A stretch of 23,280 nucleotides of DNA, from positions 1-23,280 of the forward strand of contig JAYKHS010000013.1 in assembly GCA_035285865.1 (NCBI GenBank), given 5' to 3'. The translations under genes were made by a program, and so were the position numbers. This document shows, piece after piece, positions 15,871 to 23,280 of the stretch (its first letter is position 1; each line of letters opens with the position of its first letter). The notes under the pieces are model-generated. The model was not told where the DNA came from, searched no databases, and saw only the letters and a list, made by a program, of their open reading frames with translations. The DNA is from Candidatus Sericytochromatia bacterium (lineage in GTDB: Bacteria > Cyanobacteriota > Sericytochromatia > S15B-MN24 > VGJW01).

Positions 15871-18800
15871 ATGGCCTTGCTCACCGTCGAGCCGCTTTCC
15901 CCGCCCGGGGAGGGCGGGATGGTGTTGCGCGAAAGCCTGGGCGCTTGGCTATCGGGGGGAGCGCCAGCGGGGCGCGTGTGGTTGCTGCAGGCCGGCCCGG
16001 GGGCGGGCAAGCGTGAGACGGCAAGGCAGTTGCTGCTCGCGCCGGGTATTCCGGCTTTCCGGGTGGAGTTGCCCGAGGATGTCGGCGCCGCCGATGCGGA
16101 ACGACTCTGGGGTCAGTTGGCCGCGGGCGGCACTCCATTTGCGCTCGACATCGGTTGTCCGACCGGAGGGAACGATGGGGCAGAGGCCTTCGTCGTGCGC
16201 TGGCTGGCGTTGGCAGGGGACCGTGTGGCCACGGCCGTCCGCAGCGCGAGACGGCCGGCCTGGTTGACACCGCGGATGCTGGCCACGGGCAAGGTCACCC
16301 TGCTGTCAGCCCAGGACCTTGCCTTCACGGCACAGGAGTGTGCGGTCATGGCCGGCGCTCGCGGGCTCTCGCCCGAAGCTCTCCTGCCGACAGCCGGATG
16401 GCCGTTGGCCGTCGCCACGGTCCTGCGGATGCCCGGAGCGCCAGGACTGGCTTCGCTGCTGGACCAGCTGGCGGTGAGCGAGCTCTGGCAGGGTCTGGCG
16501 GACGGAGAGCGGGAGCAGGCGCTGGACTTGTGGCCGATTTCCGGTTGGCAGCCTGATGACGTGCCCCTTGGAGAACATGATCTCGCGGCGCTGGTGGAAC
16601 ATCTGGTGCGCTGGGGAGCGATGGTGCTTGACCCTGATCGGACCGCATCTTGGCATCCGTTGCTTCGCGGGCACCTCGAAGCCGAATGGTTGCGGCGGGG
16701 AACCGCCGAGGAGCGCGCCGACCGACAGGCGCGACTGGCCGATTGGCTTGTCGCGCGTGACCCGGTCCGGGCCGTGCCGGTGCTGGTGGGCCTCGGGCGC
16801 CGGGACGAAGCCGAGGCCGTCCTGCTGAATCTGGTGCACACCGTGCCGTGGACGGATGCCCAGGACCGGATCGTCGCCGAAGCCCTTGCCCGCTTCCCCG
16901 CGAAGGACCGACATGAACGCCCCGTGCTCGGCATGGTGCAGGGCACGCTCTGGCTGCGTCGGGGGCATCATCAGGATGCCTTGGCTGATCTGGAGGCTGC
17001 CGGTGAGGCCTTTGCACGAGTCGGCGACGCAGGCCATGCCTTTGCGTGCTGGGCCCGGGTATTGGCCGTCGCCCTGCAGATCGAGAATCTGGATGTCGGC
17101 CTTGCGGCGGTGGAGCGCGCCGATCCGCTCGAGGACTCCGTTCGGGTGGATGATCGGGTCGGCTATGCCGTGAACCGGGGTAATCTGGCCTTCTTGCAGG
17201 GGCGCGAGGACGAAGCCATCGAACACGTGCTGCGTGCGCTGGCCTTCCCGCATCTGGGCCGCCCCCGAATCGCCCTGACGCGCGCCGAGGCTGCCTTGAA
17301 CCTTGCCTTGCTGCATCACGAACGTGGCAGCTATGGCCAGGCCCGGCGAACTCTGGAACGCCTGCTGGGTGATGCCTTGGCCCTTGAACTGGACCCCAGC
17401 CTCGAGCGCAGGGCCACCAGTCACCTCGTGTTGCTGCATCTGGAGCAAGGCGAGTTCACCGAGGGCGTCCGTCTGCTCGCACGCACCCAGGCGTTGCTGC
17501 TGCCGGCCAATGGTTACCATCAGGCGGCGTGCCTGCGGCTCGAGGGCTCGGCCTGCTTGCGCCTGCGGCGCCTGGACGATGCCCACCGGGTGCTGGGGCG
17601 TACCCTCGACCTTTTGCATGGCCATGGCCTCGAGGCCGGTACCGAGAGTGCCTCGACGCTCGTCATGCTGGCCGAGGTCGCGCGCAGACGGGGTGCCGTG
17701 GACGAGGCTGCGGTCCTGATCGACCGGGCACGGCCCCTGACGGGTGGATTCCCGCGCATCAGCGCGATCCTGCATCAGCACCTTGGCATGCTGGCGTGGC
17801 AGGCCGGCCGCACTGCAGATGCCGTGGCAGCCTTCACGGAAGCCGCTGCCTGTCTGGAGCCCGTGGTTGCCAGGCCCCAGCGGGCGTGGTTGGCCCTTGC
17901 GCTGGCTTGTCTCGAAAATCGGCCAGAGCTGCGGGCCCCGCTCCGGCGCGAGGCCCATCGCCTGCTGATGGAGGGCCCTTACCCCTTCCTGCCGCTCAGC
18001 ATTCGCGAATTTGCTCCTGCGATGCTGACCTGCTTGGCCGAGGAGGAGGGTTCTGCGCTGGTCTCGGACATCGGCTCACGGTTCCCCAAGGCGTGGGAGG
18101 CCATCTTGAGCGAGGCCCACCCGGCGGCCCGCGTCGAGATTCGGACCTTCGGCAGGCTGGTGGTGACGGTGGCCGGAAAGACCGCCGCCTTCCCCCGGCG
18201 CAAGGCCAGGGTCCTGCTGGCCCAGCTGCTGGAACGGCCTGGCGGCATGTCGCGTGATGAGGCTGCGGACGTGCTCTTCCCCGATCTGGACTGGGACGAG
18301 GCCCGTCATCAGGTGGACAACCTGACGAGCGTGCTCCGTCGTGCCCTGAATCCGGGCGGCGCGCGGGATGCCGCGCCGCTGCTGCTGCGCGAGGGTGGAC
18401 GTTATCGCCTGTCCCGCGAAGGGGTCTGGCTGGATCTGGATCTGTTCCATAGGGCCCGTGCCGCGGGGGATGCGGCGTGGCAGGCCTGGCAGCAAGGTGA
18501 GGCTGCCGGGCATTATGCTTCGGCACTCGATCTGGCGGTGGGCCCATGGCTTGCAGAGCCCGACATGCAGGAGTGGTTCGAGGCGGCCAGAACGGCCATC
18601 TCCGGTCAGGTGATGGTCATGCGCGAGCGCCTCGCTGCACATGCGCTGGAGCAGGGTGCATGGGAGCAGGCGCGCGAGCAGGCCGAGGGGATGCTTCGCG
18701 AGGAGCCCGCGCACGAGGGGGCACACCGGGTGCTGATGCGCCTCTATGCAGCCCTGGGCGAGGCCAGTCTGGTGCAGCGTCAGTTCGAAGCCTGCGCTCA

Positions 18801-18891
18801 GGTTCTGCGCAGCGAACTGGATGTCTCTCCCTCGGCCGAAACACTGGCCCTGCGGGAGGCCCTCAGGCGGCAGGACAGGGCCCGCGCCTGA
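15871..18891 (+). CDS. Large transcriptional regulator: degenerate MalT-like N-terminus, TPR-like region, C-terminal SARP-type winged helix and BTAD
   Basis: AGPGAGK, QDLAFTAQE, TAGWPLAV and WHPLLRGHL are MalT-like. IRTFGRLVV, KARVLLAQL, WLDLDLF, EPAHEGAHRVLMRLY and ELDVSPSAET fit SARP/BTAD. Confidence 0.87.
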   Translation: MALLTVEPLSPPGEGGMVLRESLGAWLSGGAPAGRVWLLQAGPGAGKRETARQLLLAPGIPAFRVELPEDVGAADAERLWGQLAAGGTPFALDIGCPTGGNDGAEAFVVRWLALAGDRVATAVRSARRPAWLTPRMLATGKVTLLSAQDLAFTAQECAVMAGARGLSPEALLPTAGWPLAVATVLRMPGAPGLASLLDQLAVSELWQGLADGEREQALDLWPISGWQPDDVPLGEHDLAALVEHLVRWGAMVLDPDRTASWHPLLRGHLEAEWLRRGTAEERADRQARLADWLVARDPVRAVPVLVGLGRRDEAEAVLLNLVHTVPWTDAQDRIVAEALARFPAKDRHERPVLGMVQGTLWLRRGHHQDALADLEAAGEAFARVGDAGHAFACWARVLAVALQIENLDVGLAAVERADPLEDSVRVDDRVGYAVNRGNLAFLQGREDEAIEHVLRALAFPHLGRPRIALTRAEAALNLALLHHERGSYGQARRTLERLLGDALALELDPSLERRATSHLVLLHLEQGEFTEGVRLLARTQALLLPANGYHQAACLRLEGSACLRLRRLDDAHRVLGRTLDLLHGHGLEAGTESASTLVMLAEVARRRGAVDEAAVLIDRARPLTGGFPRISAILHQHLGMLAWQAGRTADAVAAFTEAAACLEPVVARPQRAWLALALACLENRPELRAPLRREAHRLLMEGPYPFLPLSIREFAPAMLTCLAEEEGSALVSDIGSRFPKAWEAILSEAHPAARVEIRTFGRLVVTVAGKTAAFPRRKARVLLAQLLERPGGMSRDEAADVLFPDLDWDEARHQVDNLTSVLRRALNPGGARDAAPLLLREGGRYRLSREGVWLDLDLFHRARAAGDAAWQAWQQGEAAGHYASALDLAVGPWLAEPDMQEWFEAARTAISGQVMVMRERLAAHALEQGAWEQAREQAEGMLREEPAHEGAHRVLMRLYAALGEASLVQRQFEACAQVLRSELDVSPSAETLALREALRRQDRARA

Positions 18892-18904
18892 GGGTGCCCT
18901 GTCG

Positions 18905-20158
18905 TCACGGCGTTGCCAGGCCTGCAGCGAGTTCGAGCAGGTAGCGGGCGGCCGGTTCATTCTCCCGCCAATACTGGGGCACCTTGGCGAAGGGTGGCGT
19001 GAAGCCGTCGTCCCAGCTGCCCACTTCCGCGGTGAAGGCCATCGTCCCTTGCGTCCCGAAGGCCCAATCCGAAATGTCGCCGCTGGTCAGATACAGATCC
19101 TTGCTTTGGATTCCCCTGTAGCCGGTAAGCTGCGCGAGCTTCCGGCCGATGCCGGGAAGGCGGGGATCGGGGGCGGGGGCTTCGGTATGCCCCCAAGGCC
19201 AGAGGATCAGGTTGCTGTAGGAGTGGTAACTCATCATGTACCTGGCATTGCGCCCTCCGATGAGCCGCATCAGGGCCTGGGTTTCAGGCTCCGATCCACC
19301 TGCGGCTCCCCTGAAGGTGGGACTCAGAGGGTCCTTGGACGCTCCGACCTCACCCCAATGGAACGGGAAATTCCTGTTGAGATCGACACCGGGGAAGGCG
19401 TTGCCGTCGAGGCCGAGCAGCCCCATTCCCCCTTGGCTGTCGTTCATGTTCTTGCGGCGGTTCTCGCCGGCGACGACCTTGGCATGGCCATCCGGATTGC
19501 TCATCGGGACCACCCACGTCTCGCAGCGGCCCGTGATGTCGGCAAGCGCCGGATCGGTCTTGCGCCCCTCGAGCAGCATGCGGATGACACGGATGCCCAT
19601 TTCCGGCGTCACGATCTCGCGGGCGTGCTGCTCGGCGACGAACACCACCACAGGCAAATCGGCAGCGGCAGCCGGGCCGATGCGCATCGCGAGGATCGGG
19701 CGGTTGGCCCGACCGCGGCTGGTCTCCCAGGAAGGCCCGATGTTGTGGATCGAAGCGACATCCCCGTGGGCTGAGGCAAGTGCCTGCATGGTCTGGACTA
19801 CGCCGGCATAGCCCATGTAGCTCGAGTCGATGCCGGGGTTGGCTGCGGTGCGGACTTCCTCGGCGACGGACAGGCCAAGGGCCGTAAGGCGTGCCCGGTC
19901 GCCGGGCGTGCCCGTGACGCGGGCCCGGTGCCCCACCGGGTCCTGGGCTTCGATCTCGAGACCGAGCCGGTCGACCTTGCCGAGCAGGGCAGGCGTCGTG
20001 CCGGTCACGGTGTACCGGACGAGGCTGGCGTCGGCGTTGCTGCCGGTCTGGCCTTGGCTGACCCTGCCCAGTCCGGGCAACCCGAGTTGTCCGCAGCCAG
20101 CAAGCACCAGAGCGGTGGCGAGCGCCAGCCCCTTGTCGAAGGAATGCGTGTGCGCCAT
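18905..20158 (-). CDS. M14 zinc carboxypeptidase (carboxypeptidase T-like), lipoprotein
   Basis: Motifs QHARE (HxxE), NPDG, RRKN, GVDLNRNF, SEPET, SYHSY and SDW...E, with lipobox LAGC. Confidence 0.92.
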   Translation of the reverse strand: MAHTHSFDKGLALATALVLAGCGQLGLPGLGRVSQGQTGSNADASLVRYTVTGTTPALLGKVDRLGLEIEAQDPVGHRARVTGTPGDRARLTALGLSVAEEVRTAANPGIDSSYMGYAGVVQTMQALASAHGDVASIHNIGPSWETSRGRANRPILAMRIGPAAAADLPVVVFVAEQHAREIVTPEMGIRVIRMLLEGRKTDPALADITGRCETWVVPMSNPDGHAKVVAGENRRKNMNDSQGGMGLLGLDGNAFPGVDLNRNFPFHWGEVGASKDPLSPTFRGAAGGSEPETQALMRLIGGRNARYMMSYHSYSNLILWPWGHTEAPAPDPRLPGIGRKLAQLTGYRGIQSKDLYLTSGDISDWAFGTQGTMAFTAEVGSWDDGFTPPFAKVPQYWRENEPAARYLLELAAGLATP

Positions 20159-20400
20159 CAGTTGCGGCCCCGACGAAGCGTCTGCCCGTCGAGCCAACGC
20201 TCGGCGAGGGTGGCGAGGCTCAGCATCACGAGGGCGTAGCCGAAACCCACGAGGCTCAGGCCCTCGAGCGTGTGGTCGTAGAGGGTCCAGAGGCCGCCGG
20301 CAATGCTGACGATGCCAAAGGCGACCATGGCTTGCAACGCCGGGCCGGGGAGCATCATCGCCGGCGCGCGTCGCGCCGCTTCACGAATCTGGGTGGGCAT
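20158..20400 (-). CDS. Small two-TM membrane protein
   Basis: Two hydrophobic helices. Its TGA overlaps the ATG of the carboxypeptidase (TGATG). Confidence 0.55.
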   Translation of the reverse strand: MPTQIREAARRAPAMMLPGPALQAMVAFGIVSIAGGLWTLYDHTLEGLSLVGFGYALVMLSLATLAERWLDGQTLRRGRN

Positions 20401-20612
20401 CTGCTGGAAACCTGCTTGTCACGCGTGCCGCTTGAAGGGGCACGCAGGCATCGTCGGTGACCGACCTCCCACGAACCTCCCATGGGCTCGCTGGGAGGTG
20501 ATGGGTGACAACATTCAGGAACCGTGAACTCTAGATTTACGATGCATTTCGAGTCCGACAAGGAAGGTGTCGAAGGGCTCGGGGGGGGGCGGGACGTCTG
20601 GAGGAAGACGAG

Positions 20613-21284
20613 ATGGCACATCATCGGGTGCATGGCGGCGGGGGGCACGCCCACCATCACGGCGGTCACGCCCGGACGCACGCGCACGCCACGGGTGGCC
20701 ATCACGGCGCCGCCCACGCCGCGAGGGCCGCGGGCGATCATGCGGCGAAGGAAGCCGCACGAAAGGCGGCCGAGCGCGAGATGGCCAAGCAAGCGGCCAA
20801 GAAGGATGCGGAGCGCCAGGCTGCGAAGCAGGATGCGGACAAAGTAACGAAGCCCGGCGTGCAGGCGTCCGGCATGAAGCTTCAGGACGAGGGGGCCGGA
20901 AAGGTCAAGGCCGGCGGCAGTCCCCGGGATCGGGCCCGTGCCGCCATCCAGCAGGCAGCCGACCTTGTCGTTGCCAGTGGTGTCCCTGCCAGCAAGATCA
21001 ACGTGGATGCTCTGGTGAAGGTAGCCGGCAAGGAGTCGACCTGGAATCCCAGGGCCATCAACCGATGGGACAGCAATGCCAAGGCGGGTCATCCCTCGAA
21101 GGGCCTGCTGCAGACCATCGATTCGACCTTCCAGCGCTACAAGCTGCCCGGCCGCAACGACATCTTCAATCCCGTGGACAACGCCGCTGCTGCCATTCGC
21201 TATGCCGTCGATCGGTATGGTTCGGTGGACAACCTTCCGGGTGTCCGCAGCATGGCGCGCGGCGGCCAGTACAAGGGTTACTGA
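20613..21284 (+). CDS. Lytic transglycosylase (SLT-domain) protein with His-rich N-terminus
   Basis: GGAGGA RBS. KESTWNPRAINRWDSNA (catalytic Glu), SKGLLQTIDSTF and DIFNPVDNAAAAIRYAVDRYG. Confidence 0.9.
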   Translation: MAHHRVHGGGGHAHHHGGHARTHAHATGGHHGAAHAARAAGDHAAKEAARKAAEREMAKQAAKKDAERQAAKQDADKVTKPGVQASGMKLQDEGAGKVKAGGSPRDRARAAIQQAADLVVASGVPASKINVDALVKVAGKESTWNPRAINRWDSNAKAGHPSKGLLQTIDSTFQRYKLPGRNDIFNPVDNAAAAIRYAVDRYGSVDNLPGVRSMARGGQYKGY

Positions 21285-21335
21285 TCAGCCTGCGGTCGCA
21301 AGGCCGTCATCCTGAGGCAAGGGCAGGCTTCCAGG

Positions 21336-22616
21336 ATGGCGGCCATGGCCATAGGGACTGCAGAAGGCAAGTATGGTGCGGGAGGCTGGGGCCTGCTGGG
21401 GCTGCTCCATGCGTGGTTCACCCAGTTGGCTCGGCCCGTGCCTCAGGAAGTGGCGGTAAGGGCCTTCCTCGCCGACGTGGCCGAGATGCTCGCTGCGGCG
21501 GAGGCCGAGGTCTGGGCGCGGGGCTCCCACGGCGGCTGGCGTCGCCTCGCTGCGCTGAGTGATGGCGATCTGTTGTCGCCGGATGTCCTGCAAGAGGCCA
21601 TGGGCGCGGCGGTCGGTACCGCGATGGAGGAGTCAGGGCCCCGGCTCTGGCTGGGATGCCGCTGCCCCGGGCCCGGTGGGGAAGGCCGTGAGCGCGGGCG
21701 ATGGCTGGGCACGCCGCTCGTGACGGATCGCGACCTGCATGGCGTGATGGTGTTTCGACGTGGGGCGGGACAGGCAGCCTTCCCGATGGAACTGGTGCCC
21801 CTTGTGGCCGTTGCTGCGCGGCCGCTGGCGTTAGTGCTGGATCACCAGCGCCTCAAGGACGCCTTCGTGGCTACGGTGTCGCATGAACTCAGGACCCCGC
21901 TCGCGACTCTTCGCGGGTTTAGCGAGTTGCTGGCATCCGCGCCGATGGCCTACGCCGATCAGCAACCGATGTTGCAGGTCATGCTGCGCGAAACCGAGCG
22001 CCTGGGACGCATGATCGAGGACTTGCTCGACCTGACGCGCATGCAGGCGGGTGCGCGGTCGATCCGGCTGCGACGTTGTGTGGCGAGGCCCCTGTTGGAG
22101 CGGGCCCTGGCGCCGTGGATGCAGCATCCGGAGCACAGGGGCCGCCTGGCCTTGGCCGTTACGCCCGAAGACCTGCGCGTGCGGGTCGATTCCGACCTCT
22201 TCATCCGGATCGTGGTGAATCTGGTGGGCAACGCTTTCCGGCATGCGTCACCGGCCGTGCGGATCGAGGTGGCGATGCGTCGGGAACCCTCGGGCTGGAT
22301 GCTCGAAGTCACGGATCACGGCGCCGGCATGGACCCGAAGGTCCGCCAGAGGCTCGGGGAGGCATTCGTGCAAGGGGGGGGCGCGCCGTCCGGTGGGCTC
22401 GGACTGGGGTTGGCCCTTACGCGGGGGATGCTGGATCTGCACGGGGCAACCCTTGGGGTGGATGAGCCGGATGGTGGGGGCACGAGGTTCCTGTGTCGCT
22501 TTCCGGCCACGGCGCGTCTTGTCAGGGCCCGTGGTAGGCGGCATGCGGGAACGGGTCAGCAGTCTGCCGCTGGTTCCGACCGGGCTGTCCTTGACCCCGC
22601 CTCCGGAGGGGCTTAG
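21336..22616 (+). CDS. Sensor histidine kinase (GAF-like, HisKA, HATPase_c), apparently cytoplasmic
   Basis: H-box VSHELRTPL, N-box NLVGNAFRH, G1 DHGAGM and G2 GGLGLGL. The start codon is uncertain. Confidence 0.88.
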   Translation: MAAMAIGTAEGKYGAGGWGLLGLLHAWFTQLARPVPQEVAVRAFLADVAEMLAAAEAEVWARGSHGGWRRLAALSDGDLLSPDVLQEAMGAAVGTAMEESGPRLWLGCRCPGPGGEGRERGRWLGTPLVTDRDLHGVMVFRRGAGQAAFPMELVPLVAVAARPLALVLDHQRLKDAFVATVSHELRTPLATLRGFSELLASAPMAYADQQPMLQVMLRETERLGRMIEDLLDLTRMQAGARSIRLRRCVARPLLERALAPWMQHPEHRGRLALAVTPEDLRVRVDSDLFIRIVVNLVGNAFRHASPAVRIEVAMRREPSGWMLEVTDHGAGMDPKVRQRLGEAFVQGGGAPSGGLGLGLALTRGMLDLHGATLGVDEPDGGGTRFLCRFPATARLVRARGRRHAGTGQQSAAGSDRAVLDPASGGA

Positions 22617-22619
22617 GCT
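22591..22619 (+). promoter_or_regulatory. Sigma70-type promoter for tRNA-Lys embedded in the kinase 3' end
   Basis: TTGACC (22591-22596)-N17-TAGGCT (22614-22619), 8 nt before the mature tRNA. Confidence 0.65.
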
Positions 22620-22627
22620 AACGGTGC

Positions 22628-22700
22628 GAGACAGTAGCTCAGTCGGTAGAGCATCTGACTTTTAATCAGAGGGTCCTGGGTTCGAGCCCCAGCTGTCTCA
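22628..22700 (+). tRNA. tRNA-Lys (anticodon UUU), CCA not encoded
   Basis: Acceptor stem GAGACAG/CTGTCTC, anticodon arm TCTGA-CTTTTAA-TCAGA and T-arm CTGGG-TTCGAGC-CCCAG. Confidence 0.97.
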
Positions 22701-22752
22701 TGTAGGCGGGGTAAGGGTTTTAGCGATCCGCCAGATCTGCTCGGATTGTGCT

Positions 22753-22772
22753 GGGGGGACGCCGGGGGGACG
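22753..22772. repeat. Direct repeat GGGGGGACG x2 with 11-bp period
   Basis: Copies at 22753-22761 and 22764-22772, about 50 nt downstream of tRNA-Lys. Confidence 0.6.
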
Positions 22773-23039
22773 GCGGGAGTGAATCTCAGTCACTCGCGGC
22801 GGGCCTCACGCTCTGGCTGATCGGCCGCTCTTGCTACGAGGGCAGGACGGTTCTTGTGGTTGCCCGGGCAGATGAGCCTCGAGGCCCGGAAGGGGAGGGT
22901 ACTATCATCCCACCCGGCAACGGAAAAACGCCTTCTACGGCCTTGTAGAGAGCCGATCTTGAGCCCGGGCCGGCTTCGCTTCGGCTCCGAGCTCAGGACC
23001 AGTGTCCGAGGGTTCAAGGATCAAGGGTTCGCCCTCGGC

Positions 23040-23280
23040 CTACGGCCTCGACCTTACAAGGCGGAAGCCGAGGCCGGAGAAGCGGGTGTCCGGGATGTCG
23101 TTGAGCATCCGGAACGCCGCCCGAGCGTACGTCGCGTCGTGGGTCCACGCACCACCCCGGTTGATCCGGGCCGAGCCCGACGAAGGACCAGTCGGGTCCA
23201 TATCGTACGCCCCGTTGCTATACGACTCGCCATACCAGTCCCAGCACCACTCCCGCACATTGCCCGCCATATCGTACAGC
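23040..23280 (-). CDS. FGE-sulfatase (C-type-lectin fold) domain protein, C-terminal part only
   Basis: LYDMAGNVREWCWDWY...RINRGGAW...GFRLVRSRP. The gene runs off the window end. Confidence 0.9.
   Translation of the reverse strand, partial: LYDMAGNVREWCWDWYGESYSNGAYDMDPTGPSSGSARINRGGAWTHDATYARAAFRMLNDIPDTRFSGLGFRLVRSRP

Noticed and set aside
16306..19774. ORFs 16306-17958 (-), 18076-18960 (-) and 18746-19774 (+)
   Set aside because: Shadows of the BTAD regulator and the M14 peptidase.
20613..21284. SLT gene as evidence of a prophage
   Set aside because: No other phage genes are nearby, and the protein is far too short for a tape measure.
12036..22627. Genomic island bracketed by the two tRNAs
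   Set aside because: The tRNAs differ and their 3' ends point outward. No integrase or att duplication is present in this interval.
22748..23017. Short ORFs between tRNA-Lys and the FGE gene
   Set aside because: No motifs or convincing RBS; the region is better explained as structured intergenic DNA.

Overview
High-GC bacterial chromosomal window with about 18 protein-coding genes (two cut by the window ends) and two tRNA genes. The main feature is a translationally coupled four-gene operon (3646-10785). It encodes a eukaryote-type ether-lipid pathway: alkyl-DHAP synthase (AGPS), a fatty acyl-CoA reductase/DHAP-acyltransferase fusion (FARAT-like architecture) and an extended SDR that is a candidate acyl/alkyl-DHAP reductase, followed by an APC amino-acid permease. 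To its left are a partial FGE-sulfatase-domain gene, a class I glutamine amidotransferase, a membrane protein and an ADP-ribosylglycohydrolase. To its right are a six-EF-hand protein, tRNA-Ala(GGC), a lipoprotein with a 5x12-aa Pro/Met/Thr repeat, an S8 protease lipoprotein, a LysM protein and a MalT-like/TPR/BTAD regulator. Next come an M14 carboxypeptidase lipoprotein, a His-rich lytic transglycosylase, an orphan histidine kinase, tRNA-Lys(UUU) and a second partial FGE-domain gene whose C-terminus resembles a DGR variable region. All calls come from motif recognition by eye; no database search was run.
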